Shown piece by piece: positions 46,501 to 55,675 of a stretch of 64,000 nt of DNA. The DNA comes from a virus. Location of the stretch: positions 64,001 to 128,000 of the IMG/VR virus record IMGVR_UViG_3300008255_000099; one strand, given 5' to 3'. How positions within the stretch are numbered: position 1 is the first letter of the stretch; each line of letters opens with the position of its first letter. The notes beneath the pieces were generated by a model. That model did not search any database and had not been told where the DNA came from. It saw nothing but the letters and a program-made list of their open reading frames with translations. The position numbers were made by a program, and so were the translations under genes.

Positions 46501-47146
46501 TTTCTAATATTTCAAATTCTATTTCTATATCATTAGCATAACAAAAAGCCACACAAAAACCTATTGCGTCGGCTTCATGTGTGAACTTTCCTGTTTTACT
46601 AACTCTTCTATCTTCTAGTTTTTTACCAAAAAGATATTTAGCCATTTCACATGTTTCTGTTTTTTTAACACTTCTGCGTTTGCTTCCACTGTCACTAAAA
46701 AGTAAACTCATAGAAGTAGTCATAACTGGTTTAGCAATTGCATTGTTATTAAAAGCTACCTGTTTAATTACACATTGATTTTCACCTAATGTCTCTCTTA
46801 CAAAAATATTACCTCTCCCCAACGCCCTTTCAAAAGAAAATATTTTTAAAGGTGAATATTTTTCACATAAATCTTTTAAAAATTTTTCTAATTCTTTTAA
46901 TCTTTCTTTTTCATTGCTTCCTGATTTTAATTTTTCTGTTAAAGATTCAATATAAAAAGCCTTTTTATCTTTGTATTGAAAAATGCACCAACCAAGATTT
47001 GTTGTTGTTGGCGGATCAAGTCCGATGATGTAATCACCATCTGAAATCTCAGATCTATCAATTAAAAATTGTTTTTTAGCATTTTTTATTTTTTCGTCAT
47101 AAGGGACTGTCTTTTTAGCAGGTCTCTTCTTTTTTTTGTAAGCCAT
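46472..47146 (-). CDS. ruvC: RuvC-like Holliday junction resolvase
   Basis: IIGLDP...LGWCI, FSFER, HEADAIG catalytic pattern. Confidence 0.75.
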   Translation of the reverse strand: MAYKKKKRPAKKTVPYDEKIKNAKKQFLIDRSEISDGDYIIGLDPPTTTNLGWCIFQYKDKKAFYIESLTEKLKSGSNEKERLKELEKFLKDLCEKYSPLKIFSFERALGRGNIFVRETLGENQCVIKQVAFNNNAIAKPVMTTSMSLLFSDSGSKRRSVKKTETCEMAKYLFGKKLEDRRVSKTGKFTHEADAIGFCVAFCYANDIEIEFEILEIEEKKIQDE

Positions 47147-47202
47147 AATTTATTTACCTTTGGAAACAATTATATAAAAAAGTTAGTAAAAGAAGAAAAC
47201 CA

Positions 47203-47244
47203 AAAAAACAAGGCGTGGACGAATTCGTCCACGCCTTGTTTTTT
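47203..47244. terminator. Perfect 42-bp palindrome, terminator after ligA
   Basis: aaaaaacaaggcgtggacgaa|ttcgtccacgccttgtttttt. Confidence 0.85.
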
Positions 47245-47274
47245 GAAATATATGTTTTAGTTGTTTTAGTTGTT

Positions 47275-49317
47275 TTAGTTGTTTAACATTCCAATAAATT
47301 CTTTCTCTGTAATTATTTTAACCCCTAATTTCTGTGCTTTTGATAATTTTGAGCCGGCTTTTTCACCAGCTAAAACATAGTCCGTTTTAGCACTGACAGA
47401 AGAGGATGTGCGCCCCCCTGCTGCCTCGATGGTGGCTTCCGCACCCTTCCTATCAAACTCTTCTAGGGTGCCTGTTACAACGAACGTGAGACCTTCTAGT
47501 GGACGTTCTGACAGCCCTTCAATAGTGTCTTCAACTCTCTGTGGGGCAACCCCAACTTCTATTAGGTTCTTAATAATTGATTTTCCATAATCACTCAACA
47601 TATATTTTTTAAATGATTCTATAATTTCTGGACCTATCCCATCTATTTCAGATATTTTGTCAAAATCGTTAAATTCAATAAATTTTTCAATTTTTTTGAC
47701 TTCTTCTGAAATTAATTTTGAGACTGTTTTTCCAACTAGCTCTATTCCTAATGAATATATGAATTTGTTCAAATCTGGTGTTTTAGAGCTTTCAATAGAA
47801 GAGAGGGCGTTGATTGCCGACTTCTCCCCTTGTCTTGGTAATGATGCAATTTCTTCTTTCGTTAGTTTAAATAAATCTGAAAATTCTTTAATCTTTCCAG
47901 AAACAACTAATTCTCTAATTAATTTTTGACCGACACCATCAATATTCATTGCATTTCTTGAAATAAAATGACTTATTCTTCCAATTATCTGTTCTTGACA
48001 ACCTTCTGAATTAGGACAGGTCCAAACTGATCCTTCTTTTCCAGTGCTTGTTTCATGTTTGACTAATTTTTCTCCACAAGAAGGACATATTTCTGGGAAA
48101 AACCATGGATAACAAGAACTATTTCTTTTTTCTTCGACAACACTAACAACTTTTGGAATAATCTCTCCTGATTTTTTAATAATAATTGTGTCACCAATCA
48201 AAACACCAAGTCTATTAATTTCACCTTCATTATGTAAAGTTGCTCTAGAAACCACAGATCCTGATAAAGTAACCGAATCAAAAACAGCGACTGGTGTTAC
48301 ACTCCCCATTCTACCGATTCCAAGCTCTATGTCTTTTAAAATTGTTTCAGCTTCTTCTGCTTGGAATTTAAATGCAATTGCCCATCTTGGGGATCTTGAT
48401 CTAAATCCTAAAACTTCTTGCTCTTTAAAATTATTTACTTTTATAACTACACCATCTATATCGTATGAAATTTTATTTCTCATTTGTGAAATTTGATTAT
48501 GATAACTAACAATTTCATCTAAATCACATAAAATCTGATTAAAATTACTTGTTTTAAATCCACACCAATCAAGCCAATTCATAAAATCAGATTGTGATTT
48601 TATTTCTAAATCATCACTATGAAAACCAAGAGAATATGCTATAAAATCAAGCCTTCTCAATGCTGTTACACTTGGATCCAATTGTCTCAATGCGCCAGAG
48701 GCTGCATTCCTTGGATTCGAATAAAGATCTTCTCCGTTCTCTTCTCTAATTGAATTAATTCTATCTAATTCTTCCCGAGTCATAAATACTTCACCACGGA
48801 TTTCCACTTCTGGAATATTTATTGCTGATATTTTGAGCGGAACTGATTTAATTGTTAAAGCATTTTTTGTTACATCTTCTCCAACTGTGCCGTCACCACG
48901 AGTAACCGCTTTAACCAAATAACCATCTTTGTAAATCAAAGATAAACCAAGACCATCAATTTTTGGTTCACCAAAAAATTCACAAGAAGGAATTGACTTT
49001 TTAACTCTATTGTAAAATTCTGTTATTTCATCATCATTCATGGCATTTGACAATGAAAGCATTGGTGATTTATGTTCATATTTTTCAAATTCATCAGATG
49101 GCTCAATACCAACTCTTCTGGTTGGGCTATCATCTTGAATCAAATGGGGGAAATTACTTTCAAGTTCTTGAAGCTCACGAAAAGAAGCATCATACTTTGC
49201 GTCCGAAATTGTAGGGCTTGATTTAACATAATAATCATAATTAGCCCTATTTATTTTATCTGTTAAAGATAAAATAATGAGTTTAGCATTGTCTTCTGTC
49301 ATGGTTTGTCTCCTCAC
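47275..49317 (-). CDS. ligA: NAD-dependent DNA ligase
   Basis: ISDAKYD, MLSL, EPKIDGL adenylation motif, TRGDG, SGEIIP, zinc finger, C-terminal BRCT (AGEKAGSKL). Confidence 0.97.
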   Translation of the reverse strand: MRRQTMTEDNAKLIILSLTDKINRANYDYYVKSSPTISDAKYDASFRELQELESNFPHLIQDDSPTRRVGIEPSDEFEKYEHKSPMLSLSNAMNDDEITEFYNRVKKSIPSCEFFGEPKIDGLGLSLIYKDGYLVKAVTRGDGTVGEDVTKNALTIKSVPLKISAINIPEVEIRGEVFMTREELDRINSIREENGEDLYSNPRNAASGALRQLDPSVTALRRLDFIAYSLGFHSDDLEIKSQSDFMNWLDWCGFKTSNFNQILCDLDEIVSYHNQISQMRNKISYDIDGVVIKVNNFKEQEVLGFRSRSPRWAIAFKFQAEEAETILKDIELGIGRMGSVTPVAVFDSVTLSGSVVSRATLHNEGEINRLGVLIGDTIIIKKSGEIIPKVVSVVEEKRNSSCYPWFFPEICPSCGEKLVKHETSTGKEGSVWTCPNSEGCQEQIIGRISHFISRNAMNIDGVGQKLIRELVVSGKIKEFSDLFKLTKEEIASLPRQGEKSAINALSSIESSKTPDLNKFIYSLGIELVGKTVSKLISEEVKKIEKFIEFNDFDKISEIDGIGPEIIESFKKYMLSDYGKSIIKNLIEVGVAPQRVEDTIEGLSERPLEGLTFVVTGTLEEFDRKGAEATIEAAGGRTSSSVSAKTDYVLAGEKAGSKLSKAQKLGVKIITEKEFIGMLNN

Positions 49318-50321
49318 GATTCACACAACTCATACAACAGGTTGGTTAAAAGATTTTCGTATGGTTTGCTTTGTCTTAATTCTATTAAACATCCCAAGGA
49401 ATAATTTAGCATGTTCTTAATTGTATCTTTGTTATAATTTTTGCTTATAAAAAACATCTTTTTAATTCTATAAGGGTGGTATTGTATTCTTGGTGTAGAT
49501 TCATCTGCTGTGACATTCATTAAATACTTATCTTTCCACACATTTTTTGACAATATTTTTATAACATCTCTTTCAGTATCTAAATCATATAATTCAACAA
49601 GATTCGAAACAACAAGCAATAGCCTTATTTCAGAAATTATCAATCCGACAATTTTCATAGCATCATCTAATGACGAAGAGCATAGAAAATAGTTTTTAAC
49701 AGCAATCAAATAGTTTTTTGAAAATATCCCATCTATTATTTTCCAATAAGATGATAAATACTCTCTCTCAACAAGTTCCTGAACTTCTTCTTTTTTTATT
49801 TCACCATTTGATGATATCTCTAATTTCTCTAATTCTGAGTATATTTTTTGAAGATTCCAAACTAATACATTCTTTTTATCTATCTTTTTTTCTATTGGAC
49901 ACATTCTACTTACAAATTCATTCAATGCAGCTTTTTCTATGTCCACAATTTGGTTTATGAAATTAAACAATGAATTTTTATCTGCATACTCCAAATAACC
50001 AGAGTTAATTATTTTTGTGTTGTTCTTTTTGTAAAAAGACATTCTGCCATCTGGTGCTGAACTATCTAATAAAATAGATATAAATTTTAAACTAGAAAAA
50101 GATTTTATATTTTTTTCAATAAAATCAAGGACTTCTTTTTTTGGGTCATGGATGATGTACATTGATCTTTCATCAAAAATTGATCCATCAAGCAAAGCCC
50201 CAATTTCTTCAAAATTTTCATATATGTTAAACGTGTTTTGAATTTCGTTCTCTTTCGAGAAGTTTTTAATTCTTGATTCTGATAAAAATTTATCTCCAAC
50301 ATAAATTTTTAGATCACTCAT
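49314..50321 (-). CDS. holA: DNA polymerase III delta-like clamp-loader subunit
   Basis: 335 aa between dnaN and ligA; NLQKIYSELEKL and YWKIIDGIF fit the HolA pattern. Confidence 0.55.
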   Translation of the reverse strand: MSDLKIYVGDKFLSESRIKNFSKENEIQNTFNIYENFEEIGALLDGSIFDERSMYIIHDPKKEVLDFIEKNIKSFSSLKFISILLDSSAPDGRMSFYKKNNTKIINSGYLEYADKNSLFNFINQIVDIEKAALNEFVSRMCPIEKKIDKKNVLVWNLQKIYSELEKLEISSNGEIKKEEVQELVEREYLSSYWKIIDGIFSKNYLIAVKNYFLCSSSLDDAMKIVGLIISEIRLLLVVSNLVELYDLDTERDVIKILSKNVWKDKYLMNVTADESTPRIQYHPYRIKKMFFISKNYNKDTIKNMLNYSLGCLIELRQSKPYENLLTNLLYELCES

Positions 50322-51537
50322 AATTTTCTTCTATTTCTTCTGTCTCTTCTGGTTGTGATTCTTCCTCTACTTTTTCAACAATCGGTAAAATCAAATGCTT
50401 CCAATCAAAACCATTGATATCTTTCCGTGGTTTAATTGAAAGAAAACTTTTTGCTGATTCTATATTTGTAGAGATTAATGCAATTTCAAGATAATCTGTG
50501 TCTATGACTTTTAAAGTATCCATAAATTCTTTGATTGGTATTGTAATTTCGATATCTTCTATAACTTCTTTAATGCAATCACTCATTACTATTGTCTCAA
50601 CTGTATCACCAAGATCTTGATTAGTTGAGATTGTAATATAACCATCACTGAATTTTAATTTTGCATTTATGTTTTTTGTAAATGTTTGGGCTAAAGATAA
50701 TACTTCTGACAAATCTTCCACATCAACAACTCCACCGATTTGAAGATCGCCGGACCAGAACTTTGAAAGCGATGGGAAATCTCTTGCCCCAACTTCTTGT
50801 GGACTGTAAAAAAAGAAATTATCACCACTCATCATATAAAACATTCTATCAGAAAATTTAATAGAAACACCTTCCCCATAAGGAAGTAATCTTGTCTTTT
50901 CAAAAATTGGTTTAGAAATTCTAAAAGATAATGGGGTTTCAACCAAATCCTCTGTCCGATATATTGTTTGAGTTACTCTCTTAACATCAGTTGAAGAAGC
51001 AACTAGTTTTTCCTTATCAATATAAACAGAAACACTTGTTAAAGGAACTCTAACACTAATAGGATGTACAGAAAAAATTGTTTGATTTAAGCATTCTCTA
51101 AAAATATCTGATTTCATTTGGATGTCAGATAAATCATCATATGAATTAAAATCAGGTGTTTCAGGGACATCTATGTTTGATAGATTAAATGTATATTTCC
51201 CACGTCTTCCCTTAACCCCAATGACCAATTTGGAACCTTCTAAAACAAACCCTATTTCATCTGAAGAGATAGTATTTATCAAAGTGTAAAATTGAGTGAA
51301 CGGAAGGCACAACGGATCTAACTCTTCATCGTTCTCCTCTACCATTTTAACTTTATCTATTGGACAAACCTCAGCATAGCATTGTTGTGTGTCTTGTGTG
51401 ATGAATTTAATTCTTTGATCTACACATAAAACCATCCAAAAAGTCTTTTGTGGTAAATATCCAGTTGACCCATCTGCTACTTTACTAATCGCATCTAACG
51501 CCATTTTGATGGCAGTCCTATTGTATATGAACTTCAT
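50314..51537 (-). CDS. dnaN: DNA polymerase III beta sliding clamp
   Basis: RVPLTSV, ASSTDVKRV, FPSLSKF and LILPI motifs; 407 aa. Confidence 0.8.
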   Translation of the reverse strand: MKFIYNRTAIKMALDAISKVADGSTGYLPQKTFWMVLCVDQRIKFITQDTQQCYAEVCPIDKVKMVEENDEELDPLCLPFTQFYTLINTISSDEIGFVLEGSKLVIGVKGRRGKYTFNLSNIDVPETPDFNSYDDLSDIQMKSDIFRECLNQTIFSVHPISVRVPLTSVSVYIDKEKLVASSTDVKRVTQTIYRTEDLVETPLSFRISKPIFEKTRLLPYGEGVSIKFSDRMFYMMSGDNFFFYSPQEVGARDFPSLSKFWSGDLQIGGVVDVEDLSEVLSLAQTFTKNINAKLKFSDGYITISTNQDLGDTVETIVMSDCIKEVIEDIEITIPIKEFMDTLKVIDTDYLEIALISTNIESAKSFLSIKPRKDINGFDWKHLILPIVEKVEEESQPEETEEIEENYE

Positions 51538-51597
51538 TTCAATAATTCCTTACTACAGATAACCATCATAGATTCCTGCACCATGATTATACCCCAG

Positions 51598-51645
51598 AAA
51601 CGCAAATGCTCCCGTGTGGAATTAAACACGGGAGCATTTGCGTTT
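51598..51645. terminator. Terminator after the sigma factor gene
   Basis: 20-bp stem aaacgcaaatgctcccgtgt / acacgggagcatttgcgttt with an 8-nt loop. Confidence 0.85.
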
Positions 51646-51654
51646 TTCAAAATT

Positions 51655-52326
51655 CTAATCATCTTCGAAATTAAAATCATATAAACCACCACAAACTGAT
51701 TTTAACTTTTTCCTAACCCTACCTAACGAATTATCAACACATTTTGTCGATATGTCAAGCTTTCTTGCAATTCCTTTATATGTTTTTTCTTCTTCTCTAG
51801 CCTCTAACACAGAAGCCTCTAAATCTGTTAACTTACCATATAAAGCTAATCTTAATTCATCTATCTCTTCTTCGTGAAGAAGCTTGTTTAAAGGATCCCC
51901 CTCTTCATCAACAATATAATCACACATGGTTGATGAATTATCGTTTTCATAATCCCCCCCTAATGGAGTATCTAAAGATTTTGCTGTATTTAAAGGGAGA
52001 TGCTTTTGTCTTTGAGTCCTATATATTTCTGTTATTAATCTTTTTCTAATACATATTTTTAATGCAAAATGCTCAAATGTTGTATTTTTATCATCTGAAA
52101 AATCTTGAACTGCTCTATACAAAGTTATTCTAGCAATCTGTAAAATATCTTCTTTGTCAAATCCAGGTAAATAATATTTGTGACACATGTTTTTAATATG
52201 TGGGTCTAAATGATTTAATAATTTATCAAACGATTCTTGGTCCCCATTTTTTGCTTTTCGAACTAATTTTAAAATATATAGGTTGTTTTGTTCAATGTCA
52301 TCACTAGATATTTCATTAATTGTCAC
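51655..52326 (-). CDS. sigH: SigH (Spo0H)-like RNA polymerase sigma factor
   Basis: YYLPGFDKEDILQ, CIRKRLITEIYRTQRQKHLPLNTAKSLD, LTDLEASV, KCVDNSLGRVRKKL; start moved to GTG 52326 after AAGGAGG. Confidence 0.88.
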   Translation of the reverse strand: MTINEISSDDIEQNNLYILKLVRKAKNGDQESFDKLLNHLDPHIKNMCHKYYLPGFDKEDILQIARITLYRAVQDFSDDKNTTFEHFALKICIRKRLITEIYRTQRQKHLPLNTAKSLDTPLGGDYENDNSSTMCDYIVDEEGDPLNKLLHEEEIDELRLALYGKLTDLEASVLEAREEEKTYKGIARKLDISTKCVDNSLGRVRKKLKSVCGGLYDFNFEDD

Positions 52327-52429
52327 TAATCCCTCCTTGTTAAAAAACAGAAGGTCGAGAACATTTAATGACAAATAACTACAGATACAATATAACCTTC
52401 TTAAAAATATTTCCACAACAAACTTTTTA

Positions 52430-52456
52430 AATTCTAATAATTAATCATAAGTTCCT
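52430..52456 (-). promoter_or_regulatory. SigH-like promoter upstream of the sigH gene
   Basis: AAGGA-N18-GAATT on the minus strand. Confidence 0.55.
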
Positions 52457-52466
52457 TTTAAAATTT

Positions 52467-53570
52467 CTATGAATTTATAATTGAATTCAATTCTATTAAT
52501 CCGGTCGATAAGACTAAATCTTGAGAGACATTTCTATAATTAATTGTATTAAAAAGTTCTAGAATAACCTTCGATCCTCTATAAATTTGTCCTTTTGATA
52601 ATTTTTCTTCAATTTCCTTGAGTCTATTAAAAGTTTCTGGCGAGACATCTACTTCAACCCCACATTTAATTTTTTGAATATCCCTAAAATTATTTGACAT
52701 ATATTTAAGAATTATCTGAATATCTTTCCCTTCTGAATTAACAGCATCTATTATCTGCATTATATCTTTTAATTTAGAATTTACAACATTTTCCAAAATA
52801 TCTAAACTTAATCCACGATTTGTTATTCCAATGATTTCTTCAACATCTTTAGCTGTGATTTTATCCGCACAAATTTGATCTAATTTTGTTACAGAGTCTC
52901 TTGGGGATCCATCTGCTGAAATAGCTATCATTTCTAATGCTTCTGGTTCATATTCCCATCCTTCATTGACACAAATTTCTTCAAGATTTGAGATTAATAA
53001 TCCCAATTCACATTTTTTAAATTTGAATTTGTGTGCTCTATTTAAAATGGTTCCTATCAAACTATCTACCTCTGTCGTACACATTATAAATCTGACATGC
53101 TCTGGCGGCTCTTCTAGCACTTTAAGTAAAGAATTTTGAGCACTTGAACTTAATTTGTGAGACTCATCAAGAATGAAGACCCGATATTCTCCAAACATTG
53201 GGAATAGATTGATAATATCTTTTATTTCAGTCTCAACATCTTGTTTGCCAGTTTTTTCAGATGAATTTATTTCAATCACATCACTATCTGGAGTCCTGTT
53301 GAGGATTTTTTTGCAACTAGGACATGATAAGCATGGCTCAATGCCATCTTTCTTTAAACAATTCATAGCCATTGAATAAATTCTAGCCATACTTGTTTTC
53401 CCACCACCAGAGCCACCCTCGAAAATTGTTAACGGGGGGACTCTTTTAAATTCTATCGCATTTGATAATGCTTTAACTATATGTGGTTGAAAAGTGTCTT
53501 TGAATCTTAATGGCCTATATTTTTGGTGTAGCGGTTGCAAACTCACGTCTTGCCTCTTTCTTTTTATCAA
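52467..53570 (-). CDS. dnaX: DNA polymerase III gamma/tau-like clamp-loader subunit
   Basis: KYRP, GGSGGGKTS Walker A, PCLSCPSC, VFILDESHKLS, LLKVLEEPP, GSPRD. Confidence 0.92.
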   Translation of the reverse strand: MIKRKRQDVSLQPLHQKYRPLRFKDTFQPHIVKALSNAIEFKRVPPLTIFEGGSGGGKTSMARIYSMAMNCLKKDGIEPCLSCPSCKKILNRTPDSDVIEINSSEKTGKQDVETEIKDIINLFPMFGEYRVFILDESHKLSSSAQNSLLKVLEEPPEHVRFIMCTTEVDSLIGTILNRAHKFKFKKCELGLLISNLEEICVNEGWEYEPEALEMIAISADGSPRDSVTKLDQICADKITAKDVEEIIGITNRGLSLDILENVVNSKLKDIMQIIDAVNSEGKDIQIILKYMSNNFRDIQKIKCGVEVDVSPETFNRLKEIEEKLSKGQIYRGSKVILELFNTINYRNVSQDLVLSTGLIELNSIINS

Positions 53571-53743
53571 CTATCTCGTTTGATTTTTTCTTTGTTGGCA
53601 ATTTCTTTAAATTTCTTCCATGCATTTTCACTTAAAAGTGGAAGTCTTTTTTCTAATTGGGAAAGGAAACCTTTTTCTGTACTATTAACTTCTTCTGGTC
53701 CTTTGATAGCTGTTTTATCTACTTTTGCCATTTTCCAAGCCAT
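53567..53743 (-). CDS. 58-aa hypothetical protein (below the ORF-track cutoff)
   Basis: MAWKMAKVDK...KIKRDS*, AAGGGGG RBS; stop overlaps the dnaX start. Confidence 0.65.
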   Translation of the reverse strand: MAWKMAKVDKTAIKGPEEVNSTEKGFLSQLEKRLPLLSENAWKKFKEIANKEKIKRDS

Positions 53744-53787
53744 GTTGTCCCCCTTTGCTAAAAGTTAATTATACAAAGAAGGACAAC
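53744..53787 (-). promoter_or_regulatory. RBS-sequestering hairpin with a -10 box in its loop
   Basis: gttgtccttctttg / caaagggggacaac 14-bp stem with two G-U pairs; loop begins TATAAT. Confidence 0.7.
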
Positions 53788-53797
53788 ACGCCTTTAA

Positions 53798-54331
53798 TTA
53801 TATTTTTATCGGGATTGGTTTTTCAACCAATTCATCCAATGGGTCTGCCTCTTCGTTCGGGTCAAACGAAGAATCTTCGTCGTCTTCCATCGGTACTGGC
53901 ATTTTAGCTATAGTGTCATCATCTGTCAACCTTGGAAGAACTGTTCCTTTTTCATTTGCTTCTCTCCAATTTGCGCCATACCCTATGGCATCAATGATAA
54001 AACTATAATCGAGGATGTCTTGCTTAACTTTTTTAATTTTAAGCATTGCCGTAAATAATTCCCATTCTTTTCTATCCCGATCCCAATCATACCAATCGTC
54101 TTGATAAATTGCAACCAGCCAAATCTGTTTTGCTGTTTCTTTGACCCAATCTTTTGTGATTGAATCTGAAATAACAGGGATAGCATTTTTCGCTTTTTCA
54201 CTTGTTATCAATGAGAATCTAATTAAATCTGGTTCCAATTCTGGAATCCAAGGTGTAACAAATTGCAACACCTCTTCTGCTAACTCTCTCATTTCAGGAG
54301 AATCTTGAAATTCTCGTCTTGTTCTTCCCAT
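53798..54331 (-). CDS. Phage metallopeptidase-like protein, apparently lacking HExxH
   Basis: WLVAIYQDDW...WELFTAMLKI..VKQDILDYSFIIDAIG follows the phage metallopeptidase-like pattern without the His ligands. Confidence 0.45.
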   Translation of the reverse strand: MGRTRREFQDSPEMRELAEEVLQFVTPWIPELEPDLIRFSLITSEKAKNAIPVISDSITKDWVKETAKQIWLVAIYQDDWYDWDRDRKEWELFTAMLKIKKVKQDILDYSFIIDAIGYGANWREANEKGTVLPRLTDDDTIAKMPVPMEDDEDSSFDPNEEADPLDELVEKPIPIKI

Positions 54332-54345
54332 TTTTATCTTCCATT

Positions 54346-54771
54346 CTACTCAAATTCTTTTTTGAGTTCTTCGAATTGTTTTTTTCTTTTTTCTTTTTCT
54401 GAATCTTTAAGATATTTTTTATATTCTATTTCCGAATCATTAATTTTCTTGATAAGATCTTTTGCGTTTAGTTTTACTAATTCAATTGACTCTTCAAAAT
54501 TTAAAACTTTTGATTTATCATCATCTATAATAACAATTTTTAAATCATTGATAGAATAAATATCTTCTTTATTCTGTTTTAAAAATATTTTTTTCATTTC
54601 ACCTTTTATTGAAAATGATTTAACATCTTTAATTTTTAAATAAAAATTTTCAACAAATTCTTTAAATTCTTGTGAATTTTCGTCAAAGCAGACACAATCA
54701 AAAGAAGTGATTCCAAACTCCATACATCCATCAAATGCATAAACAAAAATATATTTTTTCATTTTAGTCAC
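54346..54771 (-). CDS. Hypothetical protein
   Basis: 141-aa co-oriented ORF. Confidence 0.6.
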   Translation of the reverse strand: MTKMKKYIFVYAFDGCMEFGITSFDCVCFDENSQEFKEFVENFYLKIKDVKSFSIKGEMKKIFLKQNKEDIYSINDLKIVIIDDDKSKVLNFEESIELVKLNAKDLIKKINDSEIEYKKYLKDSEKEKRKKQFEELKKEFE

Positions 54772-54776
54772 CTAAA

Positions 54777-55670
54777 TCATTTTAATCCAGTTGTCCCAAA
54801 CCCGCCTCTGTTTTCATTTTGCGGTGGTTCTAATAATTCTTCCCAAACTATGTCTGGGGTTGGCAAAATAATCATTTGGGCTATTCTATCCCCTTTTTCA
54901 ATAGTAAATGGGATCTTGCTCCCACCGAAGCTGTGATTTACAACTATCACTTTTATTTCATCAGATGGACCGCAGTAATCACGATCAATTGTTCCTGGGG
55001 TATTTAAAACACTAATTCCATTTTTAACTGCTAATCCAGATCTTGGAATAATAAAAGCTCCATATCCATCAGGGACTTTAATGATTATGTTGCAAGGAAC
55101 AGCCTCATATTGTCCAGGTCTAATGGTTGACATTGTTCTTGCATAAAGATCAACTGCAACTGCTCCATTTGAGTTGTAAACAGGCAACGGAAGAGATTTG
55201 TCAATTCTATAAATTTGCAAATTAATAGTTGGAGTTGATGCCTGTTTCTTCTCTTCAACTACCTCCTCATCTAAATCGTCTAAATCATCTAAATCGTCTA
55301 AATCATCTAAATCTTCAGTTTCTGGGATTTCAGTTTTAGGTATATCTTTTTCATATTCTTCTTTCCACATACCCTTGACTAAATCCCTAATCCTTGACTT
55401 TTTGATTTGACAAACAATAGCAAGCTTTTCCAAATCTCTTTCAAAATCTTCACCTACTGAAAGATCAATAAAACTTTGTGCTAAATCAAGAAGATCCGAT
55501 TGTTCTATCTCTCTATCTCTTTTCTTAAAGATTGGTTCTTTTTTAAAAAGATGATATCTAATGTTTTCTTCTGTACATTCAAAACGCTCGGCTATTTCTT
55601 TTATTTTGGCTTCTTTACCATAATAAAGAAGCGCCAGATCACTATTTACAACTGTTGCCATATTTTTCAT
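54777..55670 (-). CDS. dut: Trimeric dUTPase with N-terminal HTH extension
   Basis: AVAVDL, PRSGLA, GTIDRDYCG, GDRIAQM and RGGFGTTG motifs; N-terminal IKEIAERFECTEENIRYHL; DLDDLDDLDDLD linker. Confidence 0.92.
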   Translation of the reverse strand: MKNMATVVNSDLALLYYGKEAKIKEIAERFECTEENIRYHLFKKEPIFKKRDREIEQSDLLDLAQSFIDLSVGEDFERDLEKLAIVCQIKKSRIRDLVKGMWKEEYEKDIPKTEIPETEDLDDLDDLDDLDDLDEEVVEEKKQASTPTINLQIYRIDKSLPLPVYNSNGAVAVDLYARTMSTIRPGQYEAVPCNIIIKVPDGYGAFIIPRSGLAVKNGISVLNTPGTIDRDYCGPSDEIKVIVVNHSFGGSKIPFTIEKGDRIAQMIILPTPDIVWEELLEPPQNENRGGFGTTGLK

Positions 55671-55675
55671 CCTTT

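Noticed and set aside
47253-47284. 9-bp tandem repeat tgttttagt at the ligA stop and 9-bp repeats in dut (about 55268-55314)
   Set aside because: Short slippage repeats with no spacers; no evidence of function
52467-53570. DnaX programmed -1 frameshift
   Set aside because: The ORF is already gamma-length and no tau-like continuation frame is evident
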